Assembly (NCBI RefSeq): GCF_000150275.1
Contig: NW_002060943.1
Location: 8,893,070-8,957,069 of the forward strand
DNA length: 64,000 nucleotides
Direction of reading: 5' to 3'
From: Trichoplax adhaerens
Lineage: Eukaryota > Animalia > Placozoa
The position numbers and the translations under genes were made by a program. Under the pieces are notes generated by a model. That model worked only from the letters and a program-made list of their open reading frames with translations. It was not told where the DNA came from and made no database searches. Of the stretch, positions 40,201-55,037 are shown piece after piece (within the stretch, counting starts at the first letter, position 1; each line of letters opens with the position of its first letter).

Positions 40201-43200
40201 CCAAGCTCTATCTAACATGCCCATTGAAGATAGTATTGTGCTAAATACGGAAAATAATATGGTAGCAGTCAAGTTTGCAAAGAGCGTGAATATGAGCACG
40301 TATTTGATAGCATTCGCAGTAGTTGATTATCATTACTTAGAAAGACGCCAAGGTTCAGTTCATGTAAGTTTTTACTATCAATCTGGCTTAATTATAGTTT
40401 ACAAACGATAATGGATCATTTTTAATTGAATCATGTAACCAACAATAGCTTTATGTTCAATCTATTCTAACTTGTTACAAATGCTAACGATGAAAGAATG
40501 CATAAGATTATGGCAAAGCAGTAATTTGATGTTCGATTAAGAATAAAAGAACTCAATAAAATTGACCTGCATTATCTAATTTTAAGATTCGAACTTGGGC
40601 ACCAGCTGATAAAATCAATTATACCGAAGTCGCTCTGAACGCTAGTGTTAAAATCTTACCATATTATCGAAAATTATTTGGTATTGCATATCCACTCCCA
40701 AAGCTAGGTTTGATCACTTTTGTTGAATTACTCCGTATGTCTTAAATTATGACCTATCATAATTATCAACAATTAAATAAATTTGTATATTGCTGAATAA
40801 AATGCCATGGTCATAAAATAAGTACTGCGGTCAATTATATCCATTTATCAGTATAAATGCAATCGTAACGTAATTAATTAATATCTTATTCATATTAATA
40901 GATTTGATAGCTGTACCGGATTTTTCTGCTGGTGCTATGGAAAACTGGGGTCTAATTACTTTTCGAGAGACATCATTGCTTTATAATCCTAAAGTAGGCA
41001 CAATCAGTAATTTTGAGCGTGTTGTCACTACGGTTGCACATGAACTGGCTCATCAGGTAAGATCGAGTTTTTCATCGAGCATTATTAATATGAAATGGCA
41101 ATGCAATTATCGCAAACCTCCATAGTGCTATTTGCGAAGGACTATTTAGACGTAGATATCCCATTCGAATCTCTTATTTAATAAATACTTTAGAATTCAC
41201 TGATTGTTTCGTTTTATAACAAAGATAACATCATAAATTATTTTCATTTGTAAATTAGAAATTATTACATTTTCGGTTGTACTGTTCAGAAAACTGCTTG
41301 TCTCATTTGAAAGCTATGTAATTATGACATAGTTATGAATAATAGCTGTTTCCCATACCGAGATAGTTTTACTTCTGTGGAAATGATTTATAAGCCTAAT
41401 GACTAAAACATACAGTTCAAAACTTCTACCGCGGCTGGTACATACAGTACTGACCGTCATGAAATTGCAGCATAATAATTTAGTACCTAATTTTTATAAA
41501 AAAGAATCTTGTGCAAATTGATGAAATGTTGTATTATTTCATTCAGAGTAGCTATAAAGAATTCGTGCAGTATAAGCGTAAATTAAGCAATTTTTAGTAT
41601 ACAGCTGTTGTAAAATCTATCCTGCAGTAACCTGAAAATTTTTTATCTTATGCCTTATTAATATCTAAATAACTTTTAGTGGTTTGGTAACCTGGTCACA
41701 ATGAGATGGTGGAGTGATTTGTGGCTGAATGAAGGCTTTGCTTCTTTTGTCGAATATTTAGGCGGCAATCTAGCTGCCCCAAGTCTTCATATTGTGAGTC
41801 TTTGCAGTATTAAATATCTATAGACTGAAAGATTTACTAGATAATGAAGTATTTATATTGACCATTTAATGAAACTATAGCTAGAAAGCCTCTATATGAA
41901 GGAATTCATACCAGCAATGCAATATGACAGCTACATTAATTCTCATCCGATCCTGCAAAATGTTGATAGAACAACTGAAATTGGCGCTTTGTTTGACAAA
42001 ATTTCATACTCGAAGGTAAAAATTGTTTAACGTTTGGTAATCGGACAGCTAATTTTGTCTATTTTGTACAACACATACAATCTGAATTCTTTATTTAATA
42101 TTAGGGATGCTGTGTTTTGACAATGTTACAAGATTATTTAAATTCTACCATATTCTTTAACGGTCTTCGCAAGTACTTGATTACCTATAAATACCGAAAT
42201 GCTGACAGTGATGATCTATGGAATTCGATTTCTTCGGTTTGATAAGATATTTACGCAACTACGTAATAATTAAATATTATTACTCATAAAATCCTCTAAA
42301 AGTGCAGTAAAGGCATTCCCTAACAAACATTACCAAAGTTATTACTGATTAATTTCTCGATTTGTTTCTAATTCATTTTATTTTATAACTAATAATGTGT
42401 TTCAATTTAGGTATACAGATATGATTTAAAACCTGTCATGAACAGTTGGACACATCAATCAGGATTTCCTTTGATTACAATAAAATATGATAGCTTGTAT
42501 AGCAGTTATATTGTTTCTCAGGAAAGATTTTCAATGTCTGCAGGAAATCAACAATTTAATAAAACTGATAGGTAATATTTCTGTACAGTATAAAAAATCG
42601 AATATTGTCTCTTGTGAAGTACTCATTTATGCTATCTTCAAACCGTTACTATGACTAAAAATCTTTTAGCTAAAAACTAGCTTTAATTAATCTTTTCATA
42701 TCATTTATAGTACCTTATGGCACGTACCGATACGATATATTACCGGAGAAGGTCTTGCAGGTAGAGTGATGATGACCGCTAAAGAAAGTAAGTGTCTTTA
42801 TTCTAAAATCATCCGCTCATTTCTTAAAATATACTATAGATAATTTGACACAGGAATTAAAATGATGATTGACAGCCAAATATTTAATTACTGATTAAAC
42901 CCTACAGTGGCGGTGAAATTTGTAAAAAGCCAGCATTGGATTAAAGCAAATTATTTGCAAAAGGGATACTATCGTGTCAATTACGAGCTTGAAAATTGGG
43001 TTAAATTAATAAAACAACTCCAAGAGAATTATAATGTTAGTAATATTCGTAGCTAATAGTTTAAATTTTTGTCTATAAAAATTTCGTATTGCTTAGAATA
43101 AAATGCTTTTAATATATTCCATCTATATTTATTTATACATTAATAATACAAGTATATAAGTAAATTGTCGATTTATGGAACGAGTGACTTGTACTATCTC

Positions 43201-45810
43201 AATTAGCGAATCATTTTATTAAAAAATTTTCGAATTATAAATATCTGTATCTATAAAAATATAGAAATTATCAAGTCTCGATAGGACCGGGTTATTAGAT
43301 GATTCCTACAATTTGAATCGGTAATGCAGTTTTTTTTATACAACTTAAATAAATCCAAAATTGAAAGATACGAAGTTATACAGTAGTTATCATGGCCTAT
43401 AGATTAATAATCTATAGGCATGTACTATAGTAGGATCTAATATAAATACCAGCAAGTTTAGGTTATTGATGCATTTTTTATCATTCCAACAGTGCTGATA
43501 TTTTGGATATTACCGTATTCCTGAACATGACAAAATATTTAAGAGTGGAAAAGGCCTACAATCCAATGTATGTTGGCTTATCCAAGATTTCAAAAATCAT
43601 TTCCCTCTTTGAAAGAAACAGTGATGATATCCTTAATGTTCAGGTATTTTCCAGCCGCTATTCCTTAAGAATTACAACAAACAATAATATGACAGTATTT
43701 AATGCTATAAGTTAATCTCATATATTTTTGATATATAATTCGTCCACAATGTTACTATATATGTCCATGAAATGTATAAATTACTAACTAAATATGCAAC
43801 ATATGTTGACAGGATTCTAAAATAAATTTTAAAGGGATAGTATTACTAGAAATCTAAGCAATGTATATAGAACAAACTCTAAAACGATTTTGATATTTAT
43901 AAAATTATTTTTTAGCGATATCTACAGTATCTAGTTGAGCCACAGCTGCGAACACTTGGTTTAGAAGATAAAGGAACAGTGCAAGAAAGGTAGCAATTTT
44001 CTAAGATATTAATATAGAATTTGTGTCTTGAGTATCCTAAAGGTCATCATGTATTAATAAAATGAAAATAACTTCTTTCGTTTCGGTATCATCATAGAAA
44101 AGGCCGCAAGTTTATTATAAGCGTAGCAGCAATGGCTAATGATACTAATGTTTTGCAAAACATCACAACCCGTTTTCAAGAATGGCTGCATGGAAAAAAT
44201 AGGTAATGAAAAATTGCTTTCTTATGGGTGCCGAAGCACACATGATATACCATTTCTATCCAAAAACTTTAGTCAAGCTCAGAACTGCAATTAGATGTGC
44301 AATGCATATTTAATTAACTCGAATAATAACTATTATATGCTAACTAACTATATTTATGGTATGGCATACACTAGATACAGAATTCTTAGAACTAGGCTTT
44401 TTAGTATCCGCATGTAGACCTACAGAAATGCCAATCCGTATCATAATTTTTTTTATTCTTCCAGTCCCACACTATTTCCATTTACGTATTTTAAAGCAAT
44501 CTGTAAATGGGCTTGAGAATACAGCATCATAATTTTCAGTATTTTCCGCTTCCAACTGTATAGTATTCAAACTACCGCTTACTGGCTATCCCTAATAAAA
44601 TTTGCACATGTTTTTCACTAACCTTAGAAAATTTTAGCGCTTTACAATCATGTAGAGCCCCTTTTTAAATTAACGGCCATCTATAATTAACTAGCATAAT
44701 TGCTTTTTACTTACTGCAACAAAATATAACTATCTCCAAATCTTAAAATATTCCAATTTATTCAAAGATATTCCGTAGTAAATTTAATTTAGGATTAGTA
44801 TCAAAATTTATAATATTATCTCGATCTTACTATAATCTGGTCGAATTTAAGGCTTCTAGCTTTGTGCTGGCACAATTGTTTTCAATATCATTAACGTATC
44901 CATTTAAATTACCGATTTTAGTATTCCAATTGAATTAAAGGCTATTTATATAATAAATGGAATCAAAATGACTGGTAACGATGAATGGGAAAAGTTACTA
45001 CGAAAATATGATGCCACCAACGACGCTAATTTAAAACGTCTTTATATTAATGCTTTATCTGCTAGTAATAACCAATCTTTACTTAGGCGGTTAGTCCATT
45101 TAAATTATTATCGTTTAATTTACAGTTTATTTAGTACTTATTTACCTCTCTTAACCATTTCGCATATAATTTGGTTAGACTGCTAGAATTGTCCAAAGAT
45201 CATACCAAGATACCAAAATCTGAAATTATGAACGTCGTCAGCGCTGTCAGTGGCAGTAGAGCTGGCGAAGAAATGGCATGGAATTTTGTAATAGAAAACT
45301 GGAAGTACTTCATAGATACGTAAGATTGCTCTAAGTGATTTAGCAAACTTTAGTCGTCTCTAGATATTGTTATATATATTAATGATTGCGATATTATAAT
45401 TATTAGATAGAGTTATTTATTAAAATATGGGAAAAAAGGTTGATCCATTTATGATTCTTTCTTTTAGCTTCTCTGGTGATCTATTTTTAATGGCTGATTT
45501 GATTGATACAGTGATAAGCAGCTGTCACAGCGAGACTCAACTAATGAAGGTATTAAAACTACATAATTTTAGCAAGATACAACAATCTCATTGAGACTTG
45601 CAAATAAGAAAATCCGTCCATTCTGAAATCACTATTTTTATTTTGATATGATAGATAAAAGAATTTTTTTCTTGTCATGGCGATGCTGGAACTGGTGGAC
45701 TTGTTGTAAACGAAGCAATAGAAAAAGTAGAGGCTATTTTCCGATGGAGAAAGAAAAACTACAATGACGCCAGGAACTGGTTTCAGTATATTCAATCAGA
45801 AATTGAATAG
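37258..45810 (+). CDS. Type II membrane M1 aminopeptidase, IRAP/ERAP-like (array paralog B), complete
   Basis: Exon 1 37258-37961 with TM and [92 protein letters not shown]. Last exon 45655-45810 (..[22 protein letters not shown]). Confidence 0.95.
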
Positions 45811-46039
45811 TATATTATGAATGAAAATATGCTCTTTTAGCTTTAAAGAATACATTTTAGCTAATAGGAATTGCTTGAGATTGTTCATTACTGCCGTATT
45901 AAAGAAATAAAAGTTTGTCTGTTATAGTTATTTAATTAGTGTGATCGTTATTCTTGAGTCATTACTGAAATTTGTTCGGTTTATCAAGAGGTAATTTATA
46001 TCATTTATTCATATTTACAATAGATTGGCATAAGAAGTA

Positions 46040-46935
46040 TATCTCTAATCACCACTTATAAAATATTTGTTTTTAAATCCCTCGATCAGCCATTTGGAAT
46101 GTTACCGAAATACTCTAACTACGCTACATTACCGCCAATTTATATACATACTTACATATATTGTAGGACAGGTGTACTAACTATATTTGATTATTTGTGA
46201 GGTAGCAATTTATTAATTTTAGTAATAGTTCGATTTTTGGCAATGTACAATAGACTTTAATAGCAGTTACGATATAGTTCTTAGTAATATCATATACGGG
46301 TACTCATTATGTATATTCGCTGGCTATTCATAGTTCCAATGATAAATTTATAGTAATCAAGAAGTCTCATGCAATATCATGTAACATTTATCCACTTAAA
46401 TTGACAATACATTGGCACTAAAAATTATATCTGATTACCCTTTATCAAATTTTTGTTTTAAAATCTCCTCAATCAGCCATTTGGAATGTTACCGAAATAC
46501 CATAACTCCATCATAAAGCAACTAGGCTATATATACAATCTATCCGTACTCGTATATATTGTAAAGCGTACGTACTGGATAGATTTGATTATTTTTGTGG
46601 CAGTTATTTCTAGATTTTAATGAATGTCAGATTTTGACGCTCAAACTGAATAAGGACCGTATAGTAGCGCTGGAAAATATTACATAAGAGGTTGAATATG
46701 GAAACTCTTATTTTAATTATTACCGAAAAGGACAGCACGTCTATTTGATTTGTAAGCGACATTTATGAATATTGATAATCCTGAGAGATATTACATTTGG
46801 TAATGTATATAGGCTTTTTATACCAATTATGGTATAGCTGTTAGTAACATTGTCTACGGATACTCGTTATGTATATTAGCTAGGTATTCATAGTTCTAAT
46901 GATAGATTTGTAAAGATTTCTGATGCAATACCTCA
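46040..46935. repeat. Intergenic diverged direct duplication (second copy carries about 170 bp of extra sequence)
   Basis: atcagccatttggaatgttaccgaaatac at about 46085 and about 46472; tactc(a/g)ttatgtatatt..tattcatagttc at about 46301 and about 46861. Confidence 0.8.
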
Positions 46936-46987
46936 GCCTTTACATAATTATATGGGTCTAGTCAATCTGCAAACGATTTGGTTGTAA

Positions 46988-47076
46988 TGTTACAGCCAAT
47001 GTCGGTAATGGCTGATATTATCGGTAATGGCCAGCCATTACCGGTAATATCATCATTACCGACATTGGCTGTAACA
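46988..47076. mobile_element. 89-bp foldback MITE-like element with TGTTAC..GTAACA termini and GTAA target-site duplication
   Basis: Near-perfect palindrome tgttacagccaatgtcggtaatg..gc-ca-gc..cattaccgacattggctgtaaca. GTAA lies directly on both sides (46984-46987 and 47077-47080). Confidence 0.75.
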
Positions 47077-48313
47077 GTAATATTAAACTAAAAACACTCA
47101 GAGTTAGCTACTTTACTTTGCCTTTTTACGCGTTGTAGAGTAGCTATCAATAGAACTTGATTAAAAATCACCAATACTTATTTAGTTAGTTGAATGCGAG
47201 ACGACAGTAATAAAAACATTAAGGTTTTTAGTGAGCTAATACAATATACCGTGGTAAAATTATGAGTTACATCATAAATTTCCGCATTCATATTCAGGTA
47301 TTATCTACAAAGATCGATCTTAGTATTGAATCCTTTTCATAATAGATGAAATAGTCACGCCATTTTATTCTGAGCAATTGGAAGGAGTGTAAAAATTAGC
47401 TATACTTAAATTAAAAATTTAAAGTAAAATGAACGTATTTCCGATCACTGCATGCTGTGTGGACAGCGATATTTCGGTACAGTTTTTATATTATACTCGT
47501 AAACCCACAATGAAATAGTAGATGAAAATATTTATCTAAATGCGTTTTCTTTCTATCTCACCACTTGTTATGATTTTTGACCATTATTTTATTTGTGAGA
47601 GTGTTACCACATTTGCTGGCATCAGCAATATTCCGTTAGTAAATACTTAGTTTGTTCAAGTGTATAACGGCCAAGTAAGAACGATAATGTTTTACGTCAA
47701 TACTCTATAGCTATAAAGGACTCGCTGAAAGATTTCTAGCTGATCTTCCTTGTTACAAGGTAAAAGAGTTTCGAAAGTATAAAAGATATACAGTATATAT
47801 ATTTATTGCTCACAATACTAAATAAAGATCAAAATATAATTAAATGGTAAAACTTATAGTTCTTCCTGAGATTTTTAATACAGAGAAAATACTGGTGTGT
47901 GTATAATGAATGAAGTTTTGTTATTTCACTAGAATAGCAGCTATAAATTAATTCATTGGTAACTGCTACGTCATAAGTTAATTGATTCGTAAATAGTCTA
48001 AGCTTTATGTGATAATCAATAGTAAAGTAAATATTCTTGTGGATAGACAAATGAGAATTATCGTAATTAGGAGGTAGCCGTTGGCAACATACTCACATTT
48101 ATACGGTTACAAATACAATAGCAATTATTCTTGGATTGCTTCTTATTTAACCGGGAAAAGAGCATAGAGTTTCAGCTACTGTTACTAAGTAAGGTATCAT
48201 CAAGTAGTGTATGAGTACATTACAAATTACTAATACCCTTCTAGCAGATAAAACTGTAATCAACAGGTTGGTAAAAGTAGTGCAGGAAACTATAGACCAA
48301 GTAAAGCACAATT

Positions 48314-51300
48314 ATGATGGAAGAATCCAAAGCACTTTTAACACCGGAATCAGATAAATATGGAAGAAAAGAATCGGAGGATACCTTAGGATCTGCTGAT
48401 GCGGCATGTTGTAGCTATCGTATTGAAAAAGGACACGGAAAATATGCCATGATTGGTTGTTTGATTTTACTACTATTTTTATGTGTTACTGTGCCATTAC
48501 TAGCTGCAGTTGTAAATAATATTTCAAAGCCATCCAAGGTTCCTCATTTGAATGGTAACACATCTTCCCAGATAGATAACGCTCCTTTTCCTTATCAAAA
48601 TCCGCGTTTACCTAAACATATTGTACCCCTTTTCTACATTATGAAACTTAATATTCAATTTGATAAATTAATTACTGACGGTCAAGTCAATATAACATTA
48701 CATGTAACCAAACCTACGAATTTTATCGTTTTTCATCATGTCTTAATTGATATACAGCTAGTAAATATATATCAATCGCGACTACCGACTATTAAACCTA
48801 TCAGGATTGATGGCAAGCAATATAATTCATCCTTACAAATGTTCTATATCAAGTTATCATCCAACTTAGCTGTCCATACCAACTATACATTATCAATCAA
48901 ATTTACAAGTAAAGTTTTCACTGATAGGCTGAAAGGGTTATATTTAAATAACTACACTGATATCCATGGTCGGCACAGGTTAGCGCTTTACTAGTTGATT
49001 GGATTTAGTTCACTTATATATCGATGCTTAATTGCAGTTCTTAATTTATTTATTAGCGTAGCATATCAATCATAAAGCTTAACATTACTAAAGTTGATTT
49101 ATTTTCATTGCATGATCAGAATAGTATTAGTATACATGTATAATGAAAGTAAAAAAATCAAGTCTTATTGCTACTAGTATTCGTTAGTTTACAATAAACT
49201 TCATAACAATCTAATATGTATTGCTTCAAAATCTCTGTCATGAATGTAGGCATCTAGCTATCACTCAATTTGAATCCGTTTTCGCTCGATTAGCATTTCC
49301 TTGCTTTGATGAACCTGGCTTTAAAACACCTTATAAAATCTACATCGCTCGACCTAAAAATTTTCATGTTCTGTCTAACATGCCTACAATAACGGAACGA
49401 TCTCTAACCAGCCAAATTGTGGAAGCTGAATTCGCTACCACTCCGCCTTTAAGTTCTTATCTCATCGCTTATGTAATCGGCAATCTAGCTCACTTGGAAA
49501 TAAAATCTAATAGTAATATCACGGTAAGAAAATAAGAATTATTTTATACAGTTTCAGTTTAAATTTAAATATCGTGTGGAATAGAATGTTGCTTTAATAC
49601 CGCATAGTTCAATCTTCATAGTCAGGAAATATTGTGTACGATAAGGATGATATAGTATAGCACTATCAATTATGTTACTGCAGTCCGACAGCTTAATTTT
49701 TTCCAAATGAAAGGAAAAGTAGTTTTATTCTTCCAGAGCGGTACTCTTAACTAATACGATATCCTTGTTTTTATTGAAGATGCTTAATTTATCACTATTG
49801 TTGCGTCTGATTTTATTAGCTGCGGATTTGGTGCTCCCCTAATATGCTTAATTACACCAAATTAGCTATTAATCACGCTAAAATAGTTGTGGCACAATTT
49901 GAAAACTTATTCCACATGAAGCTGAACTCTTCCAAATTAGGTTGAATTGAAGACTTTACAGAATAAATTTTGACTCTTAAACCATTCATTAAACTCTTAA
50001 CTGTAATTAATCCTTAATTCACATACAGATATGGTCCTAGCACCTAATTATTTAAGTGGAGGAATGGAAAATTGGGGACTGATTACCTATCCAGAAAGCT
50101 CTGCAATTTACATGCCAGTTGAAAATCAACAGCGACAAACTGTGATTAGTACCGTTACCCACGAAATAGCTCATCAGGTAATTAATCGCCGTGATTCATG
50201 TTTGATTAATTATTGTATATGGGCTTTATAGACGCAGATTAATAAGTTAATATTGATGTAAATTTATTAATGCAAGTCTTAAGGCGATCAATACTTTGGC
50301 TGCCGACCTTTCATATACAATGTGTCCTTCATAGCGATCATTAACCTGCAGTATTATCTTACCGTCTTTAGTGGTTTGGCAATATCGTGACTATCAAATG
50401 GTGGAATGAATTATGGGTTAAAGAAGGCTTTGCAACGTTGATGGAGTTTGTCAGTGAATACAAATTGACAACAATGAAACAGGCGGTAACTAGATCTATC
50501 CTGCAAATATCGCTGTTGCTAAACCTTACATTTTACAGAACTATATGTTCTAATAACGAGTATTTACCTTTAGATGGCATCCTTCTTCCAAAGTAACCAT
50601 CTAGCAGCGCTAAAGGAAGATAGTTTCTTTGCTTCACATGCACTATCGATGCCAATTTCAACCCTTGAAAAAATTAAAGCAAATTATGATAGCATAGAAT
50701 ATGCTAAGGTAAACTGATTTCTTGAAAAATTTGTAATTTGAAATAGTTTAAATATCTCTCTCTTGTCCAGGATACATGCATATTCGTCTGACTAGCTAAG
50801 CTTCTATGATACGTATTTATAACCATTTTAATCCTCAATCTATTCATAGGGAGCATGTATTCTACAAATGTTATTATTTTTTTTGGGTGAGAAGACTTTC
50901 CTTCAAGGAACTGAGCATTATCTATATAAATGGAAATCTAAAACCGCAAGCAACCTAGATTTATGGAAATCTTTTGATAAGGTACGAAAATATATGTTGA
51001 GCGAGAATCCTATAAGCGCTACTATGATCTTGCATTACAAAGATTCAAAAGAGTTGATTATTATATATAACTGAAGTTTTGGCTTAAAGACAGAAAGATG
51101 ATTTCTTCAGTCATTCTTAAATATTCGTAGCAGTAGGATACTAAAATTCATCGTCGCAAATCGTGTCCTTATTTACATTAAGAATGTTATTTTTTTAACA
51201 TATATTATGAACTAAAGCTCTATTTTGAGCAAAGTTAGGGCAGCTAATTTTTTTGCATTCTCGGTAATCACTTAGAATAAAATCATCGATTAAATAAGCG

Positions 51301-54300
51301 TGTTAGAAATCTAGAAAATTTCTTACAGTCTTTTACAGTTTTAAAGTATGCTGAACGATAGCTCTCGATTCTTTCAAAATTTTACGCATGCAAATCTTAA
51401 TTTATCAATAATTCTTCCCTAATATTGGGTTAATTTTGTAATCTACATTAAATTTATATCGCTCAACCCTCAAAAATAGTGCATCTACCCCATTGGTGAT
51501 GAAACTACGTATATTATTACGTTTTATTATTTGCATTTCGATAAATTTCTAGCGAAAACATAAAATTAAGCACTTGATAGATATTGAGATGTACCATGCT
51601 GTATTTAAAAGAAATAAGTTTAATACTCCTGAAGTTTCAAATAATTATCTGATCAGTCTAATTTTTTATAGGTTTCTAAATATAACATAAGTAAGATGAT
51701 GTCAGCTTGGACAAGTCAGCCTGGATATCCACTAGTTACTGTCAATATTGATCGAATTCGCTTGCAAGCTAACATCTCCGTTTCAAAATTTATGTGGTTT
51801 CATCACATAAAATCAAACGATATAAAAACTTCCAATAGGTATGGCGTTGCAACACAAGTTATCCTCTTACAATGTATTTTATTTTTGATTAATATCGAGA
51901 AAATAATATGCTAATGAACTTACTTAACTGCATACTAGTGAATCTTGCAAATCGAATATTCTTATCTCTTTAAGAGTCTTATTAAGTAAAAATGCAATGC
52001 ATTCTGTTTGTGATGGTTAAAGTTTAAAAATAATAATGATAAATTTCTTCCTTTTTGTCTGTCACAACTACAAATAGAGAATTCTGGCAAGTACCGTTTA
52101 TTTATAAAACAAATTATAATCACGGACGTATCGTCATTGCCAAATCACCAAGTAAATACGCCATTAATAAGGAAGAAATATCTTTACCTCTTTATTGCAG
52201 TAAAAATTCAGATATATTTTTGAAAAATTTCATTTTATAGCGATTATCAAACTTCGCAAACCAAATGACTGGTTGCTTGGAAATCTTTTAAGTACTGGCT
52301 TTTACCGAGTGAATTATGATTACAGATCGTGGCAAAAATTTATTCAGTTACTGAAAGCTAATCACAGGGTGAATATTTATTGAATAGTATCATGATCTAT
52401 AAGTATGAGTAATAAAACTTCAATGCTATCCGCTAAATATTCAGTATAACCTAGGTGCATTCTAATTTCTAGATAATAAATGTACAAGACAGGGCGACGC
52501 TGCTAGATGATTCATTTAGTTTAAATAGGTGCGGTATAATATCGGAAATTCTTCTTCCGTCAATATCATTATTGTTACCATAGTTCAAACATGTTTTCCT
52601 TGCTTCTAGGTTTTATTCCGTAATTAGCTGAGATTCTAACAAATTTTAACCGTTGTTTACTCCTCAGAGCCGGGAAGCTTCCCGTAGAAATATTCTTCAA
52701 CATGACTCGATATATATTTAATGAAACAAGTGAAGTACCACGGACTACCGTTAAAGAACATCTCAATGACATTAATAACATGTTGGATAGCGGAATGGAT
52801 AAGATCAACATGAAAGTGAGCTTCTATAATTAATTTTCTAATTTTAATTTTTAGTTCAATCCATTTCATGATTTATGATGTTAGATTAAAGCATGAATTG
52901 AACAATGACATAATATCTTATAATTTTTTTATTTCGTAAAAAAGAAATATCTTACCTACTTGAAATATAAAATGCAAGGACTACAGTAAGTATCGATATA
53001 AAATATGCAAATGGAATGATACATATTAAACCCGAAGTTCAATAAAATAGTAGTGATTGATTAACATAACTCGAAGTGCAGGATATTCTTATAAACTAAT
53101 ATGCAGATATAGTCAACCTAAGTTTATGCTAAGTTATATGAAGAATTAAAATACCTCTTCTGTTTCGTAAATTGTAGGTTTAGTCAAATAAATCTAACCA
53201 TGTATCGTTCCTGGTTATATGATAACAAACCGTAAGTCTCTTGGTTGATCAATAAAATTTGACACGACTATCATTGCATGCTTAGAAAGAGAATTAATAC
53301 TCACGTTGGTTCTTGTGCAATTTGGGCGTACTGAGATTATTTTACTTAGTGCATTTTCGCTCTAGTTAAATCTAATTCAATCTAATTTATTTTCACCTAT
53401 AGAATTAGACACAGACTAGTGGTTAGTTTTTACAGCATTTGAATAAACTTTAGACTAAAGCTAAGACGTAATCTGAACAGGCGTGATATCAAGACCACTA
53501 ATTAATGTACTGAACTGTAGATTGTACAATTCAATTGCTTATCAAAAATATCATTTCAACTTTTGATTTTAAATAATGCATATAGGTTCCAGGGTTTAAA
53601 TTGCTTACTCTCACAAATAAATTCTTGTTGAGAATGAGAAATTAATTTCGAGTAATTGATGTTTATATAGAGTCAGGAATTTTTAGGAAATTAAAGCTAA
53701 AATCGTATCATATAATCAAATTGAACTATGACAAATCCGGAAAGATTGAAACATATATATTATATTTAACTCTTACAATAGGGTACTTGTTTCCGGAGTA
53801 ATTTATTACAGTTTAATGGATAATATTTGAATATAGCGTAAATTTACGACAAATTTCATTGACGTGCTACTATAGGTGTATGAGTATAAGAATAAATTAA
53901 GTTAGAACCATGTTACAAGTGTAGCATTATATATTAGTTGTGCATAGATCACAATTTACTGAAATTCAGGCCTAGATTGCTGAAGATTTTATCTAATGAT
54001 CCTTCTATTATCTAAATTTAAGGCTCCAACCAACACAATTTCGAAGTATATTATTTATCGGAAGCAAATTTGGGTCTACTCGTGACTGGAATAGGCTGCT
54101 CACCAGATATTTAGATACACGGGGGAATTGGAAAAAAGCAATTATGCAAGAAGCATTAGCTGCTACCACTAAAAAATTTCTTATTTCGAAGTAAGTCTAA
54201 TCACTTTTTCAAAAAATTATATTTTTTTGTTCTCATATACTTCATTGCTATTGAAAAAGTAACAGTAACACCCAATAGTTAAGTGAAAATCTACATTACC

Positions 54301-55037
54301 TGTTGAGGGTAACAATTTATTATAATTAAGAATTTTATTTTAACGAGATTATCACTTCTTCTAGGCTTTTGAAAACTGCTATTAACAACAAAAAGGTTAA
54401 TAATAATAGATTAAAGGCAATTCTAGCGGCAGTTTCTCAACATTTTGTAAATAGAAAAATCATATGGAACTTTTTTACGAAGCATTGGAAGGTGTTAAAT
54501 CAAAGGTAAGTAAATTCAGATGTGTTTAAATTACGGTCGTGATAATAATGATGGGAATATTGACCCGGATTTATATTCTCTCCACTCAGATTCAGTTACC
54601 AGCCTAATGCCTTAAGAATAATTTTGAGGGATATAACCAAGAAATTTTACACTCAAGAAGAACTTCAAATGGTAATAAATAGACTTCTTATTATTTATTC
54701 ACCTTACATTACGTAATCTATTGCGTGTTTATATAGTTGTACTTACTTTAAGTGGAAATCAGCATCAATTCAGGAGTACTAATAGCTGATCATCCACTTA
54801 TGAATTCTAGATATATAAATAAACTGTGATATTCTCGTATTTCTTACATAATTTTAATTTTTCTGTCTGATAATTAAACGCTATTAGGTTATTAAATTTT
54901 TCCAAAATCGACGCTTGAGATACGGTGAACGTGATGTAAGCAAATCAATCGATCTCATCGCCGGTAGAGTACACTGGAAGAAGGTATACAGTTTAAGCAC
55001 TAGTAAATGGCTACAAGATGCCGTAAGAAGACTATAG
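48314..55037 (+). CDS. Type II membrane M1 aminopeptidase, IRAP/ERAP-like (array paralog C), complete
   Basis: Exon 1 from 48314 with TM and [64 protein letters not shown]. Last exon 54888-55037 (..[11 protein letters not shown]). Confidence 0.93.
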
